The notes below the pieces were generated by a model. It was given only the letters and a program-made list of their open reading frames with translations. It was not told the DNA's origin and did no database searches. A stretch of DNA of 35,435 bases from an uncultured Candidatus Peribacteria bacterium (GTDB lineage: Bacteria; Patescibacteriota; Gracilibacteria; UM-FILTER-43-11): assembly GCA_964448005.1 (NCBI GenBank), contig CAYUUW010000013.1:1-35435 (forward strand). Direction: 5' to 3'. Shown here in pieces: positions 17,030-25,671 of this stretch; position 1 is the first letter of the stretch, and each line of letters begins with the position of its first letter. The translations under genes were made by a program, and so were the position numbers.

Positions 17030-17716
17030 CTACGCTTTGAGGCACGACAAGAATCCGAGGCCGTCGATGCGGGCATTGGGGATCCGCTGCACCCGGTAGC
17101 CCTTCTTTTCCAGGAATACCTTGAGATCCCCACTGCTCTGGCCAGGAGTCCAATCGTGGTACTCCAAGAACAAGGCCTGCGTCTTTTCGAAGATCCACTC
17201 CGGAGCGGAATACACAATGGGGAACTCCGCCCCCTCGCAGTCCATCTTGATCAGCGCGCAGCGCTCGATCCGATTCTTCCGGAAGATGCGCTCCAGGGTC
17301 GTCTGCTGCGCCAGCTGGGTTTCGCCGGTAGGCTCCAGGGCCGCCGCCGTGGAATGGTTCATGTGCTCCTGGCTCAAGTGGAGCCGGATCTGGCCCGCTT
17401 CTGCTCCCACCGCCACTTGGCTGGGATGCACGTTTTTGATCCGATTGTCCTTGATGTTCTGCTTCAGCAGGGCGTAGCTGCCCTCGTGCGGCTCGAAGGC
17501 GTAGAGGGAGGCCTGCGGGTTCAGCAGGCTGGCGTAAAGGGAGAAGAAGCCCACATGCGCCCCAATGTCGAGGATAGGATGGATGGCCTTTTGGATCGCC
17601 TCTTCGCAGAGGCGGTACTCCCGGGCCGCAAACACCTCGTGCGCCACCGCCCAATCGCCCTCGTCGCGCAGGGCCAGCTGGAGGGTGTGGCCGAAGATTT
17701 TGAGGGTTTTTTCCAC
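17030..17716 (-). CDS. FkbM family SAM-dependent methyltransferase
   Basis: ILDIGAHVGFFSLYAS (SAM-binding loop), YAFEPHEGSYALLKQNI and ALIKMDCEGAEF are the hallmark FkbM-family blocks. Confidence 0.85.
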   Translation of the reverse strand: MEKTLKIFGHTLQLALRDEGDWAVAHEVFAAREYRLCEEAIQKAIHPILDIGAHVGFFSLYASLLNPQASLYAFEPHEGSYALLKQNIKDNRIKNVHPSQVAVGAEAGQIRLHLSQEHMNHSTAAALEPTGETQLAQQTTLERIFRKNRIERCALIKMDCEGAEFPIVYSAPEWIFEKTQALFLEYHDWTPGQSSGDLKVFLEKKGYRVQRIPNARIDGLGFLSCLKA

Positions 17717-17821
17717 GGGATAGAAGGTTGCGCAGGCAAGACCAGCATAGCAGAAAAGCCCGACTTCATATCAGCCTTGCGCCTTTTCTGCTAAGATCGG
17801 GTCAATTTAAGCCCTGTCCGG

Positions 17822-19756
17822 ATGCCTCGACTCTTCTCATTGCTTTTCGGCCTCGGACTCCTCCTTTCTTCGGCCGCTCCTGCCCTGGCCCAGGAGTTTT
17901 TCGAGATCGACTCTTTCCAGGCCACGCTCCAGCTGCAGGAGGACGGCAGCATGCTGGTGACGGAGCGGATCGTGGCGGATTTCACGCAGCCTCGCCATGG
18001 CCTCTTCCGGAGCCTCGACACCCAGGGGATTCAGGTGCAGGTGCTGGGCGTGACCGATGCGTCAGGGAAGGATTGGCCTTACCATACGACGGAAGGGGAG
18101 GGCGTTCTGGAGATCAGGATAGGCGATCCGGAGGCCTTCGTGGCCGAGAGGCAGGTCTACGAGATTCGCTACCGGGTTCAAAACGCCATCCACACGGTGG
18201 ATAGCCCTCTGGGCCTCAACTCGTCCAAGAGGCACGATGAGCTGTATTGGGATGTGACCGGGAACGAGTGGCCCGTCCGCATCCGGCAGGCTTCCGCCAC
18301 GGTGGAGCTGCCCACGGCGGCGCTGGACGGCTCGGAGGAATTTGCCTACAACTGCGTTACGGGAAGCTATCAAAGCGACATGGGCGCCTGCGAGCACGAG
18401 CGCCGCGCCGATTCCGTTGCCCATTTCAAGACCACTAGCGCCCTGCAGGCCTATGAGGGGCTCACCATAATGCTGGGCCTGCCCACAGGCAAGCTGAAGC
18501 TGCCCAGCTTGGTCGCCGTTCGCCCCTCTCCCTCTCCGGCGGAAATCCGTCTCGACGGGGAGCCGCAATGCAACGAGGGATGCGAGCTTTTCCTGGCCGC
18601 CGGTCCGCACCGGCTGGAGATCCGGAAATGGGGCCATGCGCCCTTCGCCGAAACGATCCAGGTCGTTCAGGGGGAGAGCCTGATGCTGGAGCCGACGCTG
18701 AAGCCTTTCTACTGGCTTTGGCTGCTGCAAGGGCTGTTCATCCTTCTTTTGGCGGCCATCGCCTTCCGGCCCATCCATCTTTTTTGGAAAAAAGGCCTGG
18801 ATCCCAAGGGCCGAGGCACGATTGTTCCGCAATACGAATCGCCCGATGGCATGGCGCCTGCGGAAATGGGCGCCTTGTACGACGAGAGGGTCCACCTGCG
18901 CGATCTCACCTCCACCCTCATCGACCTGTGCGTGCGCGGCCACATGAAGATAAAGGTCCTTCCCAAGGCCCAAGGGCTTCTGTTCAAGAAGGACGACTAC
19001 GAGCTGATCCGGGTCCGCAATGGAGCCGACAAGGAGGAGGGGCTGAGCGAATTCGAAAGGCGCTTCATGAAATACATTTTCCAGAGCTCGGGCCATCGCA
19101 CCCTCTCCAGCCTGCAGAAAAAATTCTACGTCCACCTTCCCATCCTAAAAGAAATGCTCTACCGGGGCTTGGTGGAAAAGGGGTACATGCTCAAATCGCC
19201 GGACAAGGTGCGCCGCAATTATTTCGCGAAAGCCTTTCTGTGCCTTTTCCTGGCCATCGCCAGCGGAATTGCCCTTCCTTTGGCATTCGGGATCCCGTTC
19301 CCCCTCCTTCTGAGCCTTGCCTTGGCCATCAACGCCATCCTGACCTTCATTTTTGCCTCCTTCATGCCGCAAAAAACGGAGAAGGGCCAATTGGCCTACG
19401 AGCATGTGCTGGGCTTTAGGATGTATCTGGAGACCGCGGAGCGCGATCGGGTGAAGTTCCAGGAAAAGGAGCATCTGTTCTACGAATTCCTGCCCTACGC
19501 CATGACCTTCGGAATCGCGGACAAGTGGAGCCAGGCTTTCGAGGGCATCTACAAAACCCCTCCCGACTGGTACGTGGGCCCCCACGCAACGGCTTTCAGC
19601 GTCACCGATTTCAGCCATCGTTTGGGCGGCCTTTCCGGCCAGATGGGCCAGGCGTTCTCCTCCGCTCCGCAGAGCCATTCTTCGTCCGGCGGCAGCGGCT
19701 TTTCGGGGGGCTTTTCCGGCGGGGGCTCCGGCGGCGGGGGAGGGGGTTCGTGGTAG
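17822..19756 (+). CDS. DUF2207 domain-containing membrane protein
   Basis: Signal peptide; beta-rich ectodomain with YEIRYRVQNAI and ELYWDVTGNEWPVRI; several TM helices; characteristic Gly-rich tail SGGSGFSGGFSGGGSGGGGGGSW. Confidence 0.85.
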   Translation: MPRLFSLLFGLGLLLSSAAPALAQEFFEIDSFQATLQLQEDGSMLVTERIVADFTQPRHGLFRSLDTQGIQVQVLGVTDASGKDWPYHTTEGEGVLEIRIGDPEAFVAERQVYEIRYRVQNAIHTVDSPLGLNSSKRHDELYWDVTGNEWPVRIRQASATVELPTAALDGSEEFAYNCVTGSYQSDMGACEHERRADSVAHFKTTSALQAYEGLTIMLGLPTGKLKLPSLVAVRPSPSPAEIRLDGEPQCNEGCELFLAAGPHRLEIRKWGHAPFAETIQVVQGESLMLEPTLKPFYWLWLLQGLFILLLAAIAFRPIHLFWKKGLDPKGRGTIVPQYESPDGMAPAEMGALYDERVHLRDLTSTLIDLCVRGHMKIKVLPKAQGLLFKKDDYELIRVRNGADKEEGLSEFERRFMKYIFQSSGHRTLSSLQKKFYVHLPILKEMLYRGLVEKGYMLKSPDKVRRNYFAKAFLCLFLAIASGIALPLAFGIPFPLLLSLALAINAILTFIFASFMPQKTEKGQLAYEHVLGFRMYLETAERDRVKFQEKEHLFYEFLPYAMTFGIADKWSQAFEGIYKTPPDWYVGPHATAFSVTDFSHRLGGLSGQMGQAFSSAPQSHSSSGGSGFSGGFSGGGSGGGGGGSW

Positions 19757-19819
19757 AGGAGGATTGCTCCATCCAAAGAGCAGAAATGGGTTGATTTTTG
19801 GGCCCCGAGAATTGGGGAA

Positions 19820-19844
19820 ATTCGGGTCTGCTTGATGCCCGAAT
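19820..19844. terminator. hairpin between convergent genes (weak terminator candidate)
   Basis: attcggg (19820-19826) pairs with cccgaat (19838-19844): 7-bp stem, 11-nt loop. Between the DUF2207 stop (19756) and the stop of the 126-aa minus-strand ORF (19879). Confidence 0.3.
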
Positions 19845-19852
19845 CCAGCACT

Positions 19853-19889
19853 GTACCCCATGATGGCCAATGCTCTTTTCAGAAAAGAG
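19853..19889. repeat. left copy of a 37-bp imperfect direct repeat (34/37) shared with 30107-30143
   Basis: gtaccccatgatggccaatgctcttttcagaaaagag versus gtatcccatgatggccaatacccttttcagaaaagag. Weaker similarity with indels extends to ~19836 / ~30093. Confidence 0.9.
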
Positions 19890-20259
19890 ATGAGATAAGC
19901 GCAAACGCCAAAGTAACGAGGGTCGCTTGAATGGCGGAAAAAGCTGTCTGTATGGCGACAAACCCCGAAAGGGATGTGGCATTCTGCTTTCCTGCTTCGG
20001 CAAATACCATAAAGCTGATCAATAGCAAGAATAGGCCTAGTCCGAACATCCAAGGATTTTCCACAAGGGGGTAGATATACGCAAAGACTATTCCCTGAAG
20101 GAGCATGGCAGAAAGGCCAAAGGAGAATCTGGGCTTTTCGATATTCGAATATATTGCAAGTTTTTTGTAATACTCCTTGAAAAGGAAAACGTGCCAAAAA
20201 ACGCCAAGGGCAAAGGAAGCAACCAGATAGGCCAGCAAATGCAAATAGAACGATGTCAT
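19879..20259 (-). CDS. small integral membrane protein (DUF1761-like, tentative)
   Basis: 126-aa ORF with four hydrophobic helices (LLAYLVASFALGVFWHVFLF...). Low GC. 27 nt downstream of the 67-aa ORF on the same strand. Confidence 0.55.
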   Translation of the reverse strand: MTSFYLHLLAYLVASFALGVFWHVFLFKEYYKKLAIYSNIEKPRFSFGLSAMLLQGIVFAYIYPLVENPWMFGLGLFLLLISFMVFAEAGKQNATSLSGFVAIQTAFSAIQATLVTLAFALISSLF

Positions 20260-20286
20260 AATTTTGAGCGAGTTAAATGGCTTTAC

Positions 20287-20490
20287 TTAGGCGGCTTCGA
20301 AGCGCGTCTTATTTTCAGACATCCACTTTTGCCGTTCCGCTTTTTTCTCCTCGTCGGAAAGGCCTGCCTTGCCTTTCATGATTTCAGCGTGGGCTTGCGT
20401 GTAATGAGGAGCAAGAGCCCTCATCCACCCTTCAAAGGTTTCGGCTTTCTCTTCGTGGTCGCACAGGTCGCATTTTAGCGTTTTCATCAT
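20287..20490 (-). CDS. small soluble protein (DUF1059-like, tentative)
   Basis: 67 aa. KTLKCDLCDHEEKAETFEGWMRALAPHYTQAH resembles the K.L.C.D.GCDF...AET.EE....H pattern of DUF1059. 50 nt downstream of hsdR on the same strand. Confidence 0.45.
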   Translation of the reverse strand: MMKTLKCDLCDHEEKAETFEGWMRALAPHYTQAHAEIMKGKAGLSDEEKKAERQKWMSENKTRFEAA

Positions 20491-20540
20491 TTTTAGTTAA
20501 ATGGTAAGTTTTTCTGCCTTAAGTCATGGCGCCTAGGGGC

Positions 20541-23500
20541 TCACAGCCTGCCTCCAGAAATATCGAAAAATCGCTCGAAGAAGCTCGTCAATTTATCCAG
20601 CACGCTCTCGCGCTTCTTGCTGCGCTCGCCACCGGGTGAAAAGCGGGATACGGGCGGCAGTATTTTGGAGATAGCCGTGCCGGTGGGTGAAACGCTTCCA
20701 TTTCGGAAGGCGTCTCTTGCAAATTTATAGGCCTCCTCGCGGTCCAGGTTTTCTTCCTCGATGATCCGCTCCAGCTCATCCATTTTTTTCTTCTCCACGA
20801 ATTTCTGCCAATCGTCGTCGACCACCGAATTCATATCCAGCGAAGCAATGAACTGGTTGATGAGGTCTTTTTTGTTTCGCAGCTCCATGCTTGAATCGAT
20901 GGCCTTGTTGATCTCCGCCAGAAGCTCCTTGTTTTTGACATGGTCTTCGTGATAGGTTTTGACGAGCGCCAGAACGTAGTCGATGTTGATCTCTATCTGC
21001 TTGATCAGCTCCATTTCAAACACAATATCCTCGTTGATGTTTTCCTTTTCGGCGTCGCCTCCTTTTCGGAATTCATTGTAGAGGTCGATGTAGGCGCTGT
21101 GATAATTCTGGATGTCGCGCTCGCTTAAGATTTGATTGCCGGCAAATTCGTCGAAGGTCGCCAGGATATTGCGCACCCTCAAAATGCCGCCGTACAATCG
21201 AATGAAGTCTTTCTGGTTCTGCTCGCCAAGGATGGGTTCGCCCACAGGGAATTTTTCCAAAAGCTCCTTGACCAGGCTTTCGTACCCACGGACCTCCTTT
21301 CCCTCTTCTTCATAGCCGCCGTAGTACTCTTTGTAGGATTTCAAAAGCACGATGCCGCTGGCTTCCTTGTCGCCAAACAGGGCGATGGATTCATTGGTGG
21401 CTTTTTCCAAATTCCGGAAGCACACAATGTTCCCAAAGGCCTTCACGGCGTTCAGAATGCGGTTGGTGCGGGAAAAGGCCTGAAGCAAGCCATGCAATCG
21501 CAGATTCTTATCCACCCACAAGGTGTTGAGCGTGGTCGCGTCGAAGCCGGTCAAAAACATATTCACCACCAGAAGAAGATCCACTTCCCGGTTTTTCACT
21601 CGCTCGCTGACATCCTTGTAGTAATTCTGAAATTTATCGGAGGAGGTGTCGTAGGACGTGCCAAACATGGCGTTGTAGTCGGCTATGGCGCTTTCAAGAA
21701 AATCCCTTGAGCCGGCATCCAAGCCGCTGGTGTCTTCCGGATTTTCATCCGCCATTCCGTCGCCTTCCGCTTCATTGGCTCCAAAGCTGAAAATCGTGGC
21801 CACTTTCAGCTTCTTGTCGCTCGGCAGATCGGCTAGTTGCTTCTTGAATTCGGCATAGTACTTTTTGGCCGTCTCGATGGAAGAAACGGCGAAGATGGAG
21901 TTGAATCCGGATAAGCGTATTTTTTCCATGATCCTATCAACCTTTGACCTATCCTTTGCCGTTACAATCTCTTTAACATTCTTGGTAACAGCATGCGTAA
22001 AAAACTTATTATTTCGCTTCGTTTTCTGATTAAAGTGTTCAATAATATACTCTACGATATTTGCCAGGCGTTCGGGTGCGGCCAATGCCGCCTCCCGATC
22101 AATGTCGCTGACTTTCTTGTCTTCAATGTCTTCGGCTTCACGAACCGTGGAAACATAGTCCACTTTGAACGGCAGAACGTTCTTGTCGGCAATGGCATCC
22201 ACAATGGTGTAGGTGTGAAGCTTGGCCCCAAAGGCCTGTTCGGTGGTTCTGAAATCGGGGCGACCGCCGGAAGAAGAATTCTTGGCGAAAATGGGGGTGC
22301 CGGTGAAGCCAAAGAGATGGTAATTTTTGAAGGCCTTGGCAATGGCGGCGTGCATGTCGCCAAACTGGGAGCGGTGGCATTCATCGAAAATCAGCACGAT
22401 GTGGCCGTCTAAAACAGTGTGTCCGGCATTGCGGCCTATGAATCGGTCGAGTTTTTGAATGGTGGTGACAATGATTCGCGCGTTTGGGTCCTCAAGCTGG
22501 CGCTTGAGTAGGGCCGTGCTGGCGTTGCTGTTGGCCGCGCCTTTTTCGAACTTGTCGTATTCGCGCATGGTCTGGTAGTCCAGGTCCTTGCGGTCCACGA
22601 CGAACAATACTTTATCCACATAGGGCAGCTTGCTGGCGAGCTGGGCGGTTTTGAAGCTGGTTAAGGTTTTTCCCGATCCGGTGGTGTGCCACACGTATCC
22701 GCCTGCCTCTACCGTGCCCAGTTTTTTGTAGTTGGTGCTGACTTGGATTTTGCTGAGGATCTTTTCCGTGGCCACGATCTGATAGGGGCGCATGACCAGT
22801 AGCTGCTTGTCGGCGGTGAGCACGCAGTAGCGGGTGAGAATGTTCAAAAGGGTGTGCTTGGCGAAAAATGTCTTGCCGAAATCCACCAGGTCGGCAATGG
22901 GCTTGTTGGCCGCATCCGCCCACCAGCTGGTGAATTCGAAGCTGCTGCTGGAGCGTTTTCCTTTTTTTGCCGCGCCTTCCGCGCCTTCCTTGATGTGCGC
23001 GGCGCGGGTGGTGTTGCTGTAGTACTTGGTGTGGGTGCCGTTGGAGATGATGAAGAGCTGTATGTATTCAAACAATCCCGATCCGGCCCAAAAGCTTTCC
23101 CGCTGGTAGCGATTGATTTGATTGAAGGCTTCTTGAATGGCGATTCCGCGACGTTTGAGTTCGATGTGCACCAGGGGGAGGCCGTTGACGAGCACGGTTG
23201 CGTCGTATCGGTTGGCGCGTTGGCCGTCGTCGGTCGCGTACTGGTTGATGACCTGCAAACAGTTTTCGTGGATGTTGTCTTTTTTGAGCAGATAGACGTT
23301 TTTCACGGTGCCGTCGTCGCGGGTCAGGTTCTTGATGTAGTCCTCCTGGACGGTCGCGGCCTTCTCGGCAATGCCTTGATTGGGGTTGGCGATCTCATTC
23401 TTGAAAAAGCGATCCCATTCCTCGTTGGTGAACATGAAGCCGTTGAGTTCTTCCAGCTGCACGCGCAGGTTTATTTCCAGATCGGTTTCGGAGGTGATGG

Positions 23501-23684
23501 GCAGGTATTCATAGGCTTGGGATTCCAATTGCTGAATAAAGGCCTTTTCCAGCTCGGCTTCGCTTTGGTAGTGCGAGGCGCGTTTTTGGTCCGGCGTGTA
23601 CTGGGCCACGACGGTGCTCCCCGCCTCGCCGGCAGGCAGGTGTGAATTTTCGGCGACGAGATTGTAGGCTTTATTTCTTGGCAT
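20541..23684 (-). CDS. hsdR: type I restriction enzyme R subunit
   Basis: 1047 aa. N-terminal nuclease region; SF2 motor motifs I (HTTGSGKTLTSF) and II (IFDECHRSQ); long helical C-terminal region. Size and layout like EcoR124I-type (type IC) HsdR. Confidence 0.95.
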   Translation of the reverse strand: MPRNKAYNLVAENSHLPAGEAGSTVVAQYTPDQKRASHYQSEAELEKAFIQQLESQAYEYLPITSETDLEINLRVQLEELNGFMFTNEEWDRFFKNEIANPNQGIAEKAATVQEDYIKNLTRDDGTVKNVYLLKKDNIHENCLQVINQYATDDGQRANRYDATVLVNGLPLVHIELKRRGIAIQEAFNQINRYQRESFWAGSGLFEYIQLFIISNGTHTKYYSNTTRAAHIKEGAEGAAKKGKRSSSSFEFTSWWADAANKPIADLVDFGKTFFAKHTLLNILTRYCVLTADKQLLVMRPYQIVATEKILSKIQVSTNYKKLGTVEAGGYVWHTTGSGKTLTSFKTAQLASKLPYVDKVLFVVDRKDLDYQTMREYDKFEKGAANSNASTALLKRQLEDPNARIIVTTIQKLDRFIGRNAGHTVLDGHIVLIFDECHRSQFGDMHAAIAKAFKNYHLFGFTGTPIFAKNSSSGGRPDFRTTEQAFGAKLHTYTIVDAIADKNVLPFKVDYVSTVREAEDIEDKKVSDIDREAALAAPERLANIVEYIIEHFNQKTKRNNKFFTHAVTKNVKEIVTAKDRSKVDRIMEKIRLSGFNSIFAVSSIETAKKYYAEFKKQLADLPSDKKLKVATIFSFGANEAEGDGMADENPEDTSGLDAGSRDFLESAIADYNAMFGTSYDTSSDKFQNYYKDVSERVKNREVDLLLVVNMFLTGFDATTLNTLWVDKNLRLHGLLQAFSRTNRILNAVKAFGNIVCFRNLEKATNESIALFGDKEASGIVLLKSYKEYYGGYEEEGKEVRGYESLVKELLEKFPVGEPILGEQNQKDFIRLYGGILRVRNILATFDEFAGNQILSERDIQNYHSAYIDLYNEFRKGGDAEKENINEDIVFEMELIKQIEINIDYVLALVKTYHEDHVKNKELLAEINKAIDSSMELRNKKDLINQFIASLDMNSVVDDDWQKFVEKKKMDELERIIEEENLDREEAYKFARDAFRNGSVSPTGTAISKILPPVSRFSPGGERSKKRESVLDKLTSFFERFFDISGGRL

Positions 23685-23687
23685 AGT

Positions 23688-24494
23688 TTATTTTAATAGC
23701 TTTTTATTCTCAACGTCTTGCAATATTTTTATCTGCTGAATGGCTATTTGATTGAGTTTGATCAGTCTTTCGCTTTGAGCCATCTTTTCACCTATAAAAA
23801 CAGCATTCAAGTTTTCCATATTGGAAAGGCAAATGAGTTCATTAATGTTGGCATAGTCACGTATGTTTCCTTTTAAATCAGGACTGGCTTCGCGCCACTC
23901 TTTGGCGGTCATGCCAAACAGCGCTACATTCAATACATCTGCTTCGTTGGCGTACACGTGATTGATTTGTTTCTTTGTAAGCTCGGCAGGAATGAGGTTT
24001 TGTTTAATGGCATCGGTATGTATTCGATAGTTGATTTTTGCCAGTTCTCGTTTGGCACTCCAGCCGATTTGCTTTTGTTCTGCTTCTTTGAGGCGTTGGA
24101 ACTCTTTGATAAAATACAATTCAAATTCGATAGAAATCCAAGCAGCGAATTTAAAGGCAATATCCTTGTGAGCAAATGTTCCTCCATAGCGACCTGATTT
24201 AGAAATAATTCCTTTAGCATTGGTAGTTTCGATCCACTTTTGAGGAGATAGGGTAAATGCATTGAGTCCCGCTTGTTTTCTAAACCCCTCGAATTCGATG
24301 GGTTTAAATTCGGAATTATATAATGTTTCCCATACCCCCAAATATTCGATGGTATTTCGGTTTCTCATCCAATTTGAAATTGTCGCAGTTGGTTCATCGC
24401 TCTTGTATTTTGCAATATCTGTCAGAGAAATATAATCTTTTCCCTGAAAAGTAAGGATTGAAATCTCTGTTTCTTGTACGGTTATTTTCGGCAT
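23688..24494 (-). CDS. KilA-N domain-containing protein
   Basis: EISILTFQGKDYISLTDIAKYK...ISNWMRNRNTIEYLGVWETLYNSEFKPIEFEGF...SGRYGGTFAHKDIAFKFAAWISIEFELYFIKEFQRLKE matches the widespread bacterial KilA-N family almost block for block. Its stop is 3 nt from the hsdR ATG. Confidence 0.85.
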   Translation of the reverse strand: MPKITVQETEISILTFQGKDYISLTDIAKYKSDEPTATISNWMRNRNTIEYLGVWETLYNSEFKPIEFEGFRKQAGLNAFTLSPQKWIETTNAKGIISKSGRYGGTFAHKDIAFKFAAWISIEFELYFIKEFQRLKEAEQKQIGWSAKRELAKINYRIHTDAIKQNLIPAELTKKQINHVYANEADVLNVALFGMTAKEWREASPDLKGNIRDYANINELICLSNMENLNAVFIGEKMAQSERLIKLNQIAIQQIKILQDVENKKLLK

Positions 24495-24549
24495 AGTGGT
24501 CTATGGGTTGCAATAAGGGGGGTTGAATTCGGCCCTCTAAGTTGATTTT

Positions 24550-24578
24550 TATTTATGGCGAATTCGCCATAATTTAAA
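24550..24578 (-). promoter_or_regulatory. perfect 20-bp palindrome (24553-24572) inside a promoter-like spacer upstream of the KilA-N gene
   Basis: ttatggcgaattcgccataa is a perfect palindrome. On the minus strand it fills the 17-nt spacer between TTTAAA (-35-like) and TAAATA (-10-like). About 60 nt upstream of the KilA-N ATG. Confidence 0.35.
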
Positions 24579-24589
24579 CATTTTCTTTG

Positions 24590-24607
24590 ATCATAGTTTA
24601 AGACTTT
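24590..24607. repeat. junction motif copy 3 (18-bp direct repeat of 27388-27405)
   Basis: atcatagtttaagacttt is identical at both sites. On the minus strand it reads AAAGTCTTAAACTATGAT, i.e. the last codons K-S-stop of RhuM followed by ACT ATG. Confidence 0.9.
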
Positions 24608-25596
24608 TTCTTTTTTGCGACCTTTTTCTCTATGGATTTTATGGCTTCCAAATAGTCTTTTTCAACAGGGGATAAGGTTTTGACCTGGTATTTGCGATAC
24701 TCTTTCCCGGCTTTTTCTATGGCTTTTTCGTGGCTTACTTTACCCGCATTGGTCAATTTTCCTTTGCCATAGATTTCTGAAAATTTATCCAGTTCCGCCA
24801 CCCAGTCACTCATTTTCATCGGTTCTTGGTCTTGGGCTTTTATTTCCGCCAGATCAAAAAAGGCGGATACCAGACGATTGAGGCGATAGAGCTCATCTTT
24901 GGTCAGGTAGTTTTTGGCAATGGTCGCGTCGGCTTTTTTAGGCACTGTTCCGGAGAAATTGGTCATCCCCATGAATTCTTTTTCGCTGTCGGCACGGGAA
25001 AAAATCAACTCTGCGGCAGTCTGCTGGTTGGTGGCGTAATGCAATTTGTTCTGCACGGTTTTGAAAAACAAAACAGATTCTTTGCTTTTGGAGTCGTAAT
25101 CAATGCTGGTGGCGTACAGATCCAGCACTTGTCGATACAGGACCTTTTCGCTGCTGCGGATGTCGCGGATTCTCTCCAGTAGCTCTTTCCAGTAATTGCC
25201 ACCGGCTGTTCCTTTGAGCCTTTCATCGTCCATAGCAAAACCTTTGATGATGTATTCTTTTAGTCTCTGTGTCGCCCAAATTCTAAATTGCGTGCCACGG
25301 AGGGAATTGACGCGGTAGCCGACGGAGATGATGGCATCGAGGTTATAGTGTTTTACGTGATAATTCTTTCCGTCGGAGGCAGTTACCGAGAAATCCTCGG
25401 CAACTGATTTTTCATTTAGTTCTCGGCTTTTGAATATATTTTTCAGATGAAGACTGATGTTGTCGGAAGTGCAGTCAAAAAGCTGCGCCATTGATTTTTG
25501 CGAAAGCCAGATGGTCTCGCCTTTCATCAGGGTATCCACGGATATTTTTCCGTCTTCGGTTTGATAGATGATGATTTGATTGTCTTGCATCTTCAT
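24598..25596 (-). CDS. RhuM family (virulence protein RhuM-like) protein
   Basis: IIIYQTEDGKISVDTLMKGETIWLSQKSMAQLFDCTSDNISLHLKNIF...HYNLDAIISVGYRVNSLRGTQFRIWATQRLKEYIIKGFAMDDERLK is the canonical RhuM N-terminal block. Confidence 0.85.
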   Translation of the reverse strand: MKMQDNQIIIYQTEDGKISVDTLMKGETIWLSQKSMAQLFDCTSDNISLHLKNIFKSRELNEKSVAEDFSVTASDGKNYHVKHYNLDAIISVGYRVNSLRGTQFRIWATQRLKEYIIKGFAMDDERLKGTAGGNYWKELLERIRDIRSSEKVLYRQVLDLYATSIDYDSKSKESVLFFKTVQNKLHYATNQQTAAELIFSRADSEKEFMGMTNFSGTVPKKADATIAKNYLTKDELYRLNRLVSAFFDLAEIKAQDQEPMKMSDWVAELDKFSEIYGKGKLTNAGKVSHEKAIEKAGKEYRKYQVKTLSPVEKDYLEAIKSIEKKVAKKKKS

Positions 25597-25620
25597 TATG
25601 ATTAAATCATTCGCCCTTTT

Positions 25621-25649
25621 AGTTTAGTAAACATTTGTTTACTGGTCAA
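25621..25649 (-). promoter_or_regulatory. candidate internal promoter with an 18-bp palindromic operator upstream of the RhuM gene
   Basis: The minus strand reads TTGACC (25649-25644), a 17-nt spacer agtaaacaaatgtttac, then TAAACT (25626-25621). The spacer is essentially the palindrome agtaaaca-tt-tgtttact (25626-25643). About 30 nt upstream of the ATG at 25596. Confidence 0.4.
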
Positions 25650-25671
25650 CGGTGGGTCATGCTTAAAATGA

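Noticed and set aside
19145-20197. 350-aa minus-strand ORF spanning the DUF2207 3' end and the 126-aa gene
   Set aside because: It crosses the compositional boundary and is antisense to DUF2207 for ~600 nt. It is only useful as the frame in which the decayed small-gene fragment (SFLKRALAIMGY) is read.
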